Source of the DNA: Podarcis tiliguerta
Lineage: Eukaryota
Assembly (NCBI GenBank): GCA_965153285.1
Contig: OZ229117.1
DNA: 64,000 bases
Strand: one strand, 5' to 3'
The notes beneath the pieces are model-generated. The model did no database searches. It was not told where the DNA came from and saw only the letters and a list, made by a program, of their open reading frames with translations. A program made the translations under genes and the position numbers. Numbering within the stretch: position 1 is the stretch's first letter; the number at the start of each line of letters is the position of its first letter. Shown here piece after piece: positions 1 through 11,959 of the stretch.

Positions 1-749
1 TCATACCGGAGGTGAGCACAAAAATCAGTGTATTATGTATATGTGTGTGGTGGATCACCATCACTGTAGCAATGAGGTCTAACGCAGGAAAAGCTTCCTG
101 TCCTTCTCGCATCATGGCACAAAGGCGATATTTTTTTCCAGGGGGTGCCAATGGCACAAGGGGCCCTAAATATGCCTCTGCATGCACACACGCCATTTGA
201 ACAGAGCCTTGTAGTCTAACCATCTCTCAGACAAGCAGAGCTGGCCCTTCTGTTAGGCAGAGTGATGCAGATGCCTCCAGCAGTAGGTAACGGGGGGAAA
301 CAGAGTGCTTGCAAGGTGTTGGAGGGCATCAGAACCTGAGGCCAGCCTGCTGGATCAGGGCTGGTGCAGCCGTTAGATGGGGTAAGGCTGCCACCTCAGG
401 TAATGAAAGACCCTGATACGGCACCCCATGGGCACCTTGCCACTTCTGTCGGTGGGAGAGAAGTGCCACAAAATCTTGCAGAACACATGAGATCTCACTC
501 GAAATTGGCACCAATGCTGGTGCCACTTCACCACCAGAAGTGGAGGTGGCAGGGCAGGTGGCACAGACAGCAGCAGCAGAGCAACACTTCCTGCAACGAC
601 CCATCTAGTCCAACATCCTGTGGCCATCCAGATGGCCTAATGTTCTGGTCTGCCCTGACCCCCGCAGTCAAGTATGGCACATGTCCAATAGTTAAGTCCT
701 TATTGACAAAGAAACACTTACAGCAGCTCCCACGGTGCTCCGGATACAC

Positions 750-897
750 CAGTGGCGTAGCATGGGGGTGCAGGGGGGCCGGCCACACCGGGCGCAACAT
801 CTGGGGGGGGGCGCTGGGGGGCATGCTAAAATCCATGGGTTAGGGGCACAAATTACTTGCCTTGCCCCAGGTGCTGACAACCCAGGCTACGCCACTG
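750..897 (+). mobile_element. hAT-type MITE, copy 1
   Basis: TIRs CAGTGGCGTAG...CTACGCCACTG and a perfect 8-bp TSD GGATACAC (742-749, 898-905). Confidence 0.92.
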
Positions 898-1701
898 GGA
901 TACACACACACACTTCTTATCTCTAGGCAGCTGTCCTCAGGTCTGTGCCCTGTCGAGCAGTTGCAGCAACAGGGGGACCATGCCCCTGTTGTAAGCCAAA
1001 AAATGGGTTATCTCCTGGGTTTATGCCAACAAAAACCCAGAAGCTTGAGGAGTTAGGAGTCCAAGGTTTATTGCAAAGCAATAGGTTATAGTCGAATCGT
1101 TCCACAAAACTACAACCACGCCCAGTGGTTCTGGCAGTAGAATTTATAAAGTTCCAAACAAAGGATTTCAATTTTCACCAATCATGTACATCATTACCTC
1201 ATTTTATGGTTAATACACATGCGCAATAAGCACTGGCAATTTATGCTGATTCAGGTTTGATTCTCACCAATTTCTGTTAGCTAAGCTTTGATTCTCACCT
1301 TGTGCTGTTACATTGTGTTAGCATGCATGTTGGGAACCTGTGTTACATGTAGCCATTTGCACCGTGTAGCAACTTATGTTCTAGCTTTGAGCTGCATCTT
1401 TGTGATTCACATAGTAGCTGTATTTCTGCCCTTATGCCAACAACTTGCAAAATCATCAGCTTCCTAAAGCAACAGGTTACCATAACTTCCCTATTAGAAG
1501 CTTACTCAAGGATATCCAGGGGTACACATTATCACATTTATTGTGGCCCTTTGGCTTATGTACCCTCATCTGACGGATGCGCACACACACAGCCTGAGGC
1601 TTGTCCTACACAGAAGTCATATCTGCCGTTCCTCTTCAAACTCCTCCCGATTCTAGAAGACAGGGGGGAGGAAGATGGCGGGGAGCCTACTGGACCATTC
1701 C

Positions 1702-1848
1702 CAGTGGCGTAGCGTGGGTTTTCAGCACCCGGGGCAAGGCAAGTAATCTGCGCCCCCTAACCCGTGGATTTGCGCCCCCTAACCCTAACCCCCAGATGTT
1801 GCGCCCGGTGCGGCCGGCCCCCCCTGCACCCCCCACGCTACGCCACTG
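1702..1848 (-). mobile_element. hAT-type MITE, copy 2 (inverted relative to copy 1)
   Basis: Same TIRs, perfect 8-bp TSD ACCATTCC (1694-1701, 1849-1856), CpGs retained. Confidence 0.92.
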
Positions 1849-4800
1849 ACCATTCCTTACCTGAACAGTCTTGCTCCACCACATGCTGAGCACCTCCCTC
1901 CATCTCAGACTGCCCTGCCCCTTCCTCCTCTTGCTGGTGTCCTGACTCCTGCCTTGCAGGGAGCACCAAACCCCATTAATTGCCATCTCCCTTCCCTGGG
2001 TCATTCCTTTGCCCTCCCCACAACTCTTCAGAACCCTGCCAGTCCCTGACACCTAATGAGAAGCCAGCAAGCTGGACATGAAGCATGACTTGGGCTAGTC
2101 ACTGTCTCTCAACCTAACCTGCTTTGCAGGGTTGCTGTGAGCTTAAAATGGAAAAGGCGGGGTGGGAGAAGAAGCATGAATGTTATCTTGAGCTCCTTGG
2201 GAAAGATGGGATCACATGCAGCAATAAATAAATACAGCATGGCCTGCGTTCTAGCAGCGTCATTCAAACACATTGCTTGGCCCTGCAAATAACCATTTTG
2301 GAGGCAGGTCCTGAGCATGTGCCTTACAGATGACATTATTGCTCTTCCAACAGCAAAAAAAAAAAAAAAAAGTTGACGTGACTAAATGGATCAGAGGAGG
2401 CAGAACTCATGGTGCAATTATGATTAATAGCCTGTCTTCCGGTTCTTAGCAAGACTCTGGCGCTGCAGTGCTTTACCTGGGTCTCTTATAGATCCTTGAG
2501 CTGGGGGAAATCAATGGGACAGGGCTCTCTAATAACAGCAGGCTCTTCTATTATTTATTTATTTATTGCCGCATGAGGATCCAGAGATACTTCCCCCCCC
2601 CCCCCGCCCTGCTGTACCAAAACAAAGAGGCAGCTAGTTTTAGTCTGTTTGCCTGTTTGATTTGCCAAGATGCAAATAAGGGCAATTATATGAGGAACCT
2701 TTGGCCCTCCAGATATTGCTGATCTACAGCTCCCACCAAGGATAATGTGCATTGCAAGATGCTATTTGGATTCCTTAAAAGAAATTTCCCTTGGAAGAGG
2801 CACTGAATGCACTGGCCTGCGTAAAGTTGGGCTGCAATAATTCATCAGTCTGACTGAGAAACTTTTTATTGACAGTAGTTGAGCTGTCCACCAGTGAATG
2901 AAATAAGTAAAAGAAGCCACCAGCCTCTTAAGGTGGTTCCTGGTTTCACCTAGCCTAAGAAAGGAGTGAGGAGTGTCCTGTTTAGTAAATCAAAGAAGCC
3001 ATGCCAGTTTATTCTAGCATCTCTTTTCATTCTGGATAGTGATGTATGGTCAACAACATTTCTAATGAAAAGTAGCCTAGTGGCGACTAAAATAAAACGG
3101 TGGTCAGTCTCCTAAAATAGTCACTTAGCCATGTTTTCTGCAATCAAATATGTGTATTTCCCCCTTGCAAGATAAACCCCTCCTAAGAAAGTTTCCTTGG
3201 AGTTCTACCAAATTCTTCTAGCCTTGTCATTATGCTGAGAAAGATTATGATGTAGTTCAACTTTAATTTCACTTTAGGATGAAACTTAGGGCTCCTTGTA
3301 GCCTTACCTGCAACCCCATATTTCAAAGACAAATGTTGTTTTTTGTTTTGCCTGCCCCCAAACAACAAAACAAAACAGCTTGGAGGAAACGCAGAAACTT
3401 CTCTGTGTTTCGTCTTGTCTTCAGTTTGTTAAAAAGAAGAATAAAAAGAGGTTCTCCGTGGCTTTCCTAAAGGTACAAATTCCTCAAGGGCATTGAAACT
3501 TCTGAGAGAAGCACTGTAGCTCGAAGATGTTACTTGACCTAGCATAGCACTCTGCCCACTGAGGCCGGTAGAAAGATTATGAAATTTTAATTTGTCTGAG
3601 AGCAAGATACAAGAATAATTGGAGCCCAAGTGTCTGCGGAAGGCTGAGAACCAAGAAGAGGACGGAATGCCGCAACGCTGAAGCTTTTCTAGGGCCACTC
3701 GGCTTCCCTCTGCTATAATATTAAACACAAAAGCCAGGTATTCCTCTTCAAGTTGCTATCTGGGGCGCCTTTGCAGAATTAGGAGAGGCAACCTGTAAGG
3801 CTATATACATGAATTCTGCCTCTGTTCAGGCCTGTGTGTCTTTCATTTCTCCACCCTGGTTTGAGGTTATTGGTGCCAACGCAGAAACAGAAAGGCCTTA
3901 AAAGAAAACCAGCACCAGAGCTGAAGCAAGCAGAAAACAGAAAACTCAACAAGGCCCATAGCTAGAAATCTTGTGCAAACCAGCTTAATGGGACAGGGAA
4001 TCATCAAGCAGCCAGCATGTTAAGTAACATAGGCTGTGTAAATACTATACCTTTAAAGCAAATCCAAAGCATAGTTTTACCCACAGAGAATTCTGGGCAC
4101 TGTAGTTTGTTAAGGGTTGCTGGGACCTGTGACTCTAAGAGGGGTAAACTACAATGCCCTGAATTCCTTGAGGGATAGAATATGCTCCATTCCATCACCA
4201 CCCCCAAACAGTAGGTGGAGCCACAGCAAAGGAGAGGCAGAACAGAAGTAATTCTAGTTTTGTCCCTAGCTACCTCTGCTGAGTTTAAAAGGGCAACACC
4301 AAGAAGGAGGAAACAGACAACCAGGGCCACCCCCTGGCTGTAAGCAAGAGTGCAGGAAGGTGGGGACTGGGCTGGCTGAGGACAGAATGATGTTGGCTGG
4401 GCACTACCCCATTTGCCCAAATGGATCATCCTCCACAGGCACACCAAAGACAGGGTAAAACCCATGTGTCAAAACTGGAAGCTGTGCCTGACAGGCCCCT
4501 CCTAGTATGGCCAGCCGGAAGGGCCAATACAGTTCATTTTACTAAATAAAAATAAAAATGTGTACCTCTGCAAACTGAGTTTTTTCCCCCAAGCTTGCTG
4601 AAACCTCCCTCTTGTGCATAGATGGTATCATTTTGGCCACATTTAAATATCCACATTTGGAGAATGATTTCTGTATTAGTATACTGAGGTTGTAATTATA
4701 TTTGCCTTACCTGCTTCTTGTAATTAAGTGGATTTCTTATTGTGACTGTTTAATTTGGGCAAGATTTAATTCTGCTGTATTCTGCTCTGAGATCAGTAAT

Positions 4801-5482
4801 GATGAATGGAGGATTAGAAATAAACAAACACAGGGACAAAGCCATAAAGCTGGAGGGAGTCTTGTAAGCCATTTATCACCATCATCTGTTTGATTTCTTG
4901 CTCACCCTTTGCCATAATGTTTCAGGGCAGGTTACAACAATATAAAAACACAAAGTTAAAATTCATTTTAAAATGTATAATCAAGAATTCTAGCAAAGGC
5001 ACTCAGGGGGGGAAGGCCCTGCCCACCTCTGCTCCCCTCTCCCAATTAACCTCTGTCTCCAGGACCCACCCTGTAGGTCTCAGGTTTGGATCCTGAAATC
5101 TCAGGATCTGGGCTGCTCCTGACTTGGCAACCCAAATTCCTAGTGGATATGAGCCATGCATCTGAGCCACAGGGGGGACCACTAACAATGACACCCCTGG
5201 AGACCCCACCAATTGGACAAGGTTATAAGGGCTCAGGCGGTCCCTGAGGCATCCTGGGCCAAAGTGTTGGGCCAGCCCTGTCTAGAAGCAGGTAAAACAC
5301 AGGCTCCAAAAAGGAAACTATTATATGGCTGGTTAAGCCAGGTGCTTGCTATTGTAATTACCATTTCCATACACCGTCTGCACGAGCAGTAAATTAAGAA
5401 AGAACTGCTCCCCACAAGAATCCCAGAGGGAGCTGTAACATTCCAGGGCACATACACTGAACCTCCCAGGTGTGTTTTTTTT

Positions 5483-5486
<4 letters not shown>

Positions 5487-5515
<29 letters not shown>
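5487..5515. repeat. (AG)n microsatellite
   Basis: Directly visible. Confidence 0.95.
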
Positions 5516-5518
<3 letters not shown>

Positions 5519-6640
5519 CAGACTTAATGAAAGGCAGCTACCCAGATGTAACTGTCCCAACCTCAGGATGGCAAAGCTGTTAATGCAAAAATATATTAGG
5601 AACATGGCTTTCCTCTTTCTAGAAACGCCCAGCCTAGAGTGCTTGGAGAGTGCCTGGAACAATAGACAGCATTATCTCCCCCAACCAACATGGAGGCCAG
5701 AGCTTTTCCTTTTCTTTTTTTAGGCTCAAGAATTCAATTTTGTTTGGATGATGGTTGTAGGTCTGGTTTGTTTCAGCATCACAACAGTAAAGTGGGGAAA
5801 AAGTAGGAGCTGGAACAGATTCGGCTCTCCTGTGCCAAGGTGAGGTTTTGCTGAAGAGGCGAGCCGTCAGTCGCCTTTGATTTTACAAATGGCCTGTGAT
5901 AGGAAGCAGGCAAACTTTGAAGGTAGGTAGGGAGATATCAGAGGCAAGATATCAAGCCCGCCCCCATTAACCGTGAAGAGGGTTGCTTGTTGTGCTTGTT
6001 GACAGCTGGTGTAACACCGCAGCGGCTAATGTTGTGCGAGCTGTAAGGCGGAAAATCCCTGCATTAAAATCTCACCACAGCCACAAACAAACCTGCTACT
6101 ATGCTTCATCTGTTGTATCTGTGATACACGGATAACAACACTCAACTGCCTTTGCATCTTGTTGCGCAAATAGCAGAGATAGAATATGAAATACCTTAAA
6201 CAATCTTAAATTCTAAGGGCGGCTTGAGATGACCTGCTTATTCAGCATTTATCTCAATTTGCCTTCCACAAATGTGACATGATGGTTAGACTGTGTCTGG
6301 TCTTTGTTGAGCATTTGTGCAGATTTGTTTAAGGGGCTGTTTTAGGACAATAAACATTCATCCTATGTTCATCCTAGCTTGCTTGTGGGATGTCCACACC
6401 AGGGTCTGCCAGTCCATTCTCAAAGGCCTTCACTTTTGCCTGGAGCAGGTACCTCAGATCCTGAGCTTCCTTTAAAAAATAAATAAGTTTCTAGTCCTCA
6501 TAAAAAGAAAGTTATGGGGCAAAATGCACAGGTACCTTCTAAGCATGTTCTGTGAAATGAGAGTGAGTGTGTTGTGGCCACCTGGTATATTTTCCCCAGT
6601 ATAATACTGAGGAATGTTGCCTGTTGCTCTTAGACAATCT

Positions 6641-6643
<3 letters not shown>

Positions 6644-6722
<79 letters not shown>
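6644..6722. repeat. Compound (GT)n(GA)n microsatellite
   Basis: Directly visible. Confidence 0.97.
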
Positions 6723-6727
<5 letters not shown>

Positions 6728-7270
6728 AAATTCGCCAGCAGGACATAGCTGACTTCCCATTGTAAGCATAACATTGTTGTGGATGCCTGTCTGATTTTGT
6801 GTCACCATGGCAGCCATTTTGGGTTATGCCATGATCTCCATCAGCCATTTTGTAACTGGTGTCCCCAGCACACACATTTGGAATGTGCCCTCTGATCCAA
6901 AAAGGTTGTCGACCTGTCAGTCAGTTTTCCTGTTAACCATTTTTTCATCCCACACTTTTCAGTGCATTTCCCCATCACTTTCCAAACTTGGAAAGGTGCT
7001 TAAAACAAAAAAAGGTAGATTGTTACACTAGTCCAAATACCACTTTGAATGTGCGCTTGAATTCATCCTACGAAGTACTTACAATCTGGAGGCATCCTTA
7101 TTGCAATGATAACAAAACAAAAAGGCTGCAATCCTATGCACACATACTGTGTGTGTCAGTGGCAAATTTATTCAAATCTAGTTTTCCTGGCCAAATTGTG
7201 CTGAGAGCAGCTAGCAACATAAAATCTATTCATATCCAGTATACAATAATTTAAGTGACAGTCACGACAA

Positions 7271-7328
7271 TTGTTGTTGCTGTTGTTTAGTCGTTTAGTC
7301 GTGTCCGACTCTTCGTGACCCCATGGAC
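7271..7328 (-). mobile_element. BovB/RTE LINE 3' terminal fragment
   Basis: (TTG)n tail followed by TTTAGTCGTTTAGTCGTGTCCGACTCTTCGTGACCCCATGGAC, the characteristic BovB 3' end. Confidence 0.8.
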
Positions 7329-7380
7329 AATTACAATGACAATTACAATGTCTAAAAGTGAGCTATCTCCCTTCCAAATA

Positions 7381-7618
7381 CAGTGGTACCTCGGATTACA
7401 TATGTTTCAGGTTACATATGCTTCAGGTTACAGACTCCACTAACCCAGAAGTAGTACCTCAGGTTAAGAACTTTACTTCAGGATGGGTACAGAAATAGTG
7501 CTCTGGCGACGCGGCAGCAGTGGGAGGCCCCATTAGCTAAAGTGGTGCTTCAGGTTAAGAACAGTTTCAGGTTAAGAACGGACCTCTGGAATTAAGTACG
7601 TAACCAGAGGTACCACTG
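7381..7618. mobile_element. Tc1/mariner (pogo/Tigger-like) MITE, family A
   Basis: TA|CAGTGGTACCTC...GAGGTACCACTG|TA; internal sequence shared with three other copies in the window. Confidence 0.9.
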
Positions 7619-8449
7619 TAGAATGAATGAACAAATAGAAATGCCTTCAAATTCTGCCTGAATATGGCCATCAAATGGGGTGGCCTGATCTCCCCCAGAA
7701 GAGAGTTCCAGTGGTGGAGACTCAGTGTTCCCTAGCTATAAAATGGGACTTTGTGCTTAAAAGAGCACTTTCAATTTTTCTGTTTCATCCCAGCATATGG
7801 CTTATGGAAGTTACTTGAACAGTGTATTGCTTATGGGATCAATGCCCATCCCCTATGTATGACTTGTGGAGGGGAAGCTGGGCACCCCCTCAGCCATCAT
7901 TTTGTATCTGGATTCCCATCTTATGCCATGATTTGGTACCTAATTTAAGTCAATTTACCTCAGGGTTTCAGAACCCTACCACCACCAAACTAGATCCTGA
8001 AAACCTAGTGTATTTTATTTATTTATTTATGATCTAGGTTTATATTTCATCCTTCAAATTTATTAATGGGGCCTGCTCTTGATACAATCACCCTACTTAT
8101 ATCTGCTGTGGGACTTCTAAGCTGGCAATGTGAGAGGAAAAGTCATTTGTACAGGAACAAGACTGGGCATGCGCTGCTGGTGAAGAGGTCAGGGGCAGCT
8201 CTACCATTAGACAGAGCAAGATATCCACCTCAGAGCAAATAGCTCCTGGCTCCTAGCTGCTCTCTCTGCATCCCCTAGCTAATTCCCATTCACCTGAGCC
8301 AGTGCCCCACTGGCAGCAATGGTTTCTTGTCACTGTTCTGAGGTAACTGAACACGTCAGGTCTAGTCATTTTCTCCTAGCATACCACAGTTTTTAAACAT
8401 GTAAAGTGATGCCCGTTGACACACAGACAAAAAGCATCAATTTCCTATT

Positions 8450-9005
8450 TATGTTCCTGGGGTCCCAACTGGAAGTGCGTGAGTGTCTTGAATCCTTGGC
8501 CTACCTGGCAACAAGTTCAGTATGCCAAATCCAAAATTCAATCCACACAAGCAAAGTCCAGAGGTCAAGAAACGGAGTTCAGAGTCAAACCTGAAGCACA
8601 GTCCCTTAGAGGCCCAGGAGCATCCAAGTCAAGGTCCATCAACATGGCAGTTGAGCAGCTACAGTACCTCAGCTCTGCTTCCCTTTTGTAATTTGCATGC
8701 TGATTGTAGCATCTGGGCTTAACGAAGCATGTGACCCTCACCTGTCTGGAGCCTACCTCAGCTGAGGGATGACACCTGGCCCTTGCCTGCCTCAGCCTCC
8801 CAGAGCACACCTCTCACTGCTTCCTACACCTCAGAGCCTGCTGTGTTCGTGGGGATAAGGCCCCTCTGGCTCTGGTGATGGGTCCTGCTGCTCTGGTTCC
8901 TGTGCACTGACTTCCATCCCCTGATCATCCTCCATTGCACTGTGAGTACTTCACCCCTCGCTGAGATTCTTTTCCTCCTCTCCGTCGTCCTGCCAGTTCA
9001 TGACA
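8450..9005 (-). mobile_element. Solo LTR-like element
   Basis: On the minus strand it begins TGTCATGAACTGGC, resembling the start of the element at 25404 (TGTCACGGACTGGC). The left boundary is approximate. Confidence 0.5.
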
Positions 9006-9137
9006 GTGAGCAGGGATGAGACATTGGAGACCTGACAGATCACTTGACTAAGATGTTGGCTGTCTGGTAGCAGCGGGGGACATAATCTTGTCCTTTGCCT
9101 CAGCAACATGCCTTAGCCCGACCCTGTGAGAAAAGCC

Positions 9138-9218
9138 ACTTTTTTGCATTTTAATTGAACACAACCAACAAAATAACTTTTTTGCATTTTAATTGAACAC
9201 AACCAACAAAATAACTTT
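9138..9218. repeat. Exact 38-bp tandem duplication
   Basis: ACTTTTTTGCATTTTAATTGAACACAACCAACAAAATA twice, plus ACTTT. Confidence 0.95.
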
Positions 9219-10087
9219 AGCATAGATTAGGGGGTTTCCAGGCCAGAGAGGCCCACCCCATCCCCAGGTATTGTGGAGACCAGAAGCCAAAGGTTCATAA
9301 CCAGGAAAGTGCAAACTGTACCTCCTCATTGATTAATACCATTCCTTGTCCTAAACGAGAAACTCTGAGGAAATCGGAGACGACGGGGATCACTGCTAGG
9401 TTTTATCGCTATTATCTTCCATTATTGCCAGTTCCCCCCTCCTCATTATTTTGCTCAGTAAGAAGCATGCTTTGCTTTTCCTTTTTTTTTAAAAAAAAGG
9501 AGGGGAATAAAGACAGATTTAAATGAGTGTCTGCAAAACGTGGGTTACGGCGAAGCAATTCAAATAACAAGATTTTTTTTTAATTGCAGAAATAAATGCT
9601 ATTAATACCTCCTTTCTAATTAAATTCCTTCAGAAATAATACAGGGGTATTCTTGTCCTCCTGCTCGTTCTTCTCCCGTCATCTTTTGATTAACTCTCTT
9701 CATGCGCAAGGAATTAAGGCATGACCTCTAACTTTGCAAAAGATGTGCTGTTTTTAATATTAACATTGGCCAGCCCTCTTCAGTGTACTTCGGAAGGGTG
9801 TTGGGAGGAGAAATCTAATTACACACAATGGGGGTATGATTCATACATTACGAGTTGCATTAGAATGATAGGCAGCGAAACATAACAACATAACACCTTG
9901 CCTATTGTCCTTTTTAGTGGATTACAGCACCCTTCCGACTCCATTACAAACCGTTCTCTCTCGAGCGGATACGTTGCACAGATCGCACAATATATATTAA
10001 AGCTGCCCGGAGATCCTTGGGGAAAGGCGCTCAATACTTTGGGGATCCCTTGTGCAGAAGCTTTCAGGCCATCTAATTTAAACTTAC

Positions 10088-10431
10088 TCTGAAACTATAT
10101 TTCACCCTGAAGCTCCGTCTGAGGAGCCAGGCTGCAGGATTCCCCACGGTACGCGGGGGGATGCGGGGAGGCAAGGCGCACCGTGACATATTTTCTGATA
10201 CTTTCCCTGTATTCAATCCTTCTGGAGGGGGTGTGACAGACCAAATATTGCAAATTTCCTCCAGTGTAATCCCAGTGCTCCTATTAGGAGAGAACATTAT
10301 GCAGTTTGATGTATCTGGGGCATCAAAGGCCCTAGTACATGCGTGACTTTTTTCATTTGGAGGAGCAGACCCCCTTGTCCTGGACATATTCTCTTTTACC
10401 AAAATAACATAACTGAGCAGTCTTCAGCTGC
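10088..10431 (-). other. Candidate minus-strand exon containing a 100-codon ATG-initiated open frame
   Basis: Acceptor TTTTCCTTTCCAG|G at 10432/10431 and donor AGA|GTAAGT at 10088/10087. ATG at 10387 reads open to the donor (MSRTRGSAPP..KYSFR). No recognisable homology. Confidence 0.35.
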
Positions 10432-11733
10432 CTGGAAAGGAAAATTTAGCTTTAACAGTGAACGCTTTTAGAAAAACAGAAGGGTCTCCTTTTTAAAAAC
10501 GAAAAAAACACCACCACATACACCTGATACGTGGCCTTCTTCCTTTAGTTTAGATCTGTGTATCTATACGACTTTTGTAGTTGCATATTAGGATTCCAGG
10601 ACAAAGTTTTCACATATTAGCGTAGCAAACTATGATGCTGTTTAATTCAGCCAGTTTTCAGCATAATCTACCCCTAATTCAGGGTAGCCAGCATGGGGTC
10701 TTCTGGTTGTTGTTGGATTTACAGTACCATCAGCCTCAGCCAGCATGACCAGTGGTCAGGGATGATGGGTAGTTGTTCCAACTTACTTAGTGTACTGGGT
10801 CAATTATCTGTGGACAGCACCCTCTCTACAATTCTATGATTCACTGCTGGTCGTCCATATTTTTTTTGGGGGGGGGGGAGGGCACATTAGCCCAATACAG
10901 TCTTGTGCTTTTCTACCAGATTTATTGATGCAAACATTATCTGATGCAATATTTTTGCAAAAGGCAATTATGGGCTTTAGTGATTTCTTTTTACACAATC
11001 AGTCTACAGGGAGTAACAGCACCAGGCTTAGCAATGCTTCCCAAGGGGTGACATCATGTTTGGGTGCTGCTGTGGTTGACTGCAAGCAACTGGGCAAAGT
11101 AAGAGCCATTGCCTAAGTCGAAACAACTCTCTAACTCAAGCCCACATAATATAAATGGGATGAACTGCGTCTAGTCCTTGACATCTCACCAGCTGCTTTG
11201 AAAGCCTGTTGAAAGCGTGATCTGCTCACATTTTAATATCCCTCTTCAGCAGAGGCTTAATGTACCTTTAGTTCCATGCCCTCGTCCCATTGATGAGAGG
11301 TTTAAGGTCAATGCATGGATAAATCCTTTCTGGTTCAGATTCTTAAAATGTGCAAGCCAAATCTTTGGCACATCTGCCTTCTCAGAGGTTAGAATGGAGA
11401 AATATCAAGGTCTCAGAAACTTTAACATCTTCTGCCCAGGTTTCATCAGCATTCCTTTAGGTGTCATTTCTTGTGGTTTTGACATTTTCCTTTTAAGAAC
11501 TTCTAGTTGTTTCTTTTTCTCAGTGTATGTAAATGCTATAGGAGCCTGAGTAAAGGAGGCTGGCTAGAAGTGCTGTTCTGGTTACTGTGAAAAAGCATTA
11601 TCACATATCAATTTTATTTAAAGGGACGACTGATCAGAGTCTGAGAGCTGAAAAAATAATGTTAATTTTCTTTAATGGATGGTTGATGTCTTTTTTTTAT
11701 GAGAGCTTAATTCTTAGAAGATGCTTCTTAATA

Positions 11734-11959
11734 CAGTGGTACCTCTGGTTATGAACTTAATTAGTTCCGGGGGTCCATTCTTAACCTGAAACAGTTCTTA
11801 ACCTGAGGTACCACTTTAGCTAATGGGGCCTTCCCCTGCTGCCGCACTGCTGGCACACAATTTCTGTTCTCATCCTGGGGCAAAGTTCTTAACCCAAGGT
11901 ACTACTTCCGGGTTAGCGGAGTCTGTAACCCAAAGTGTTTGTAACCCGAAGTACCTCTG
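11734..11959. mobile_element. Tc1/mariner MITE, family A
   Basis: TA|CAGTGGTACCTC...GTACCTCTG|TA. Confidence 0.88.

Noticed and set aside
364-843. 159-aa + ORF and overlapping ORFs
   Set aside because: Runs through GC-rich repeat-like sequence and a MITE; no recognisable domain or splice-bounded structure.
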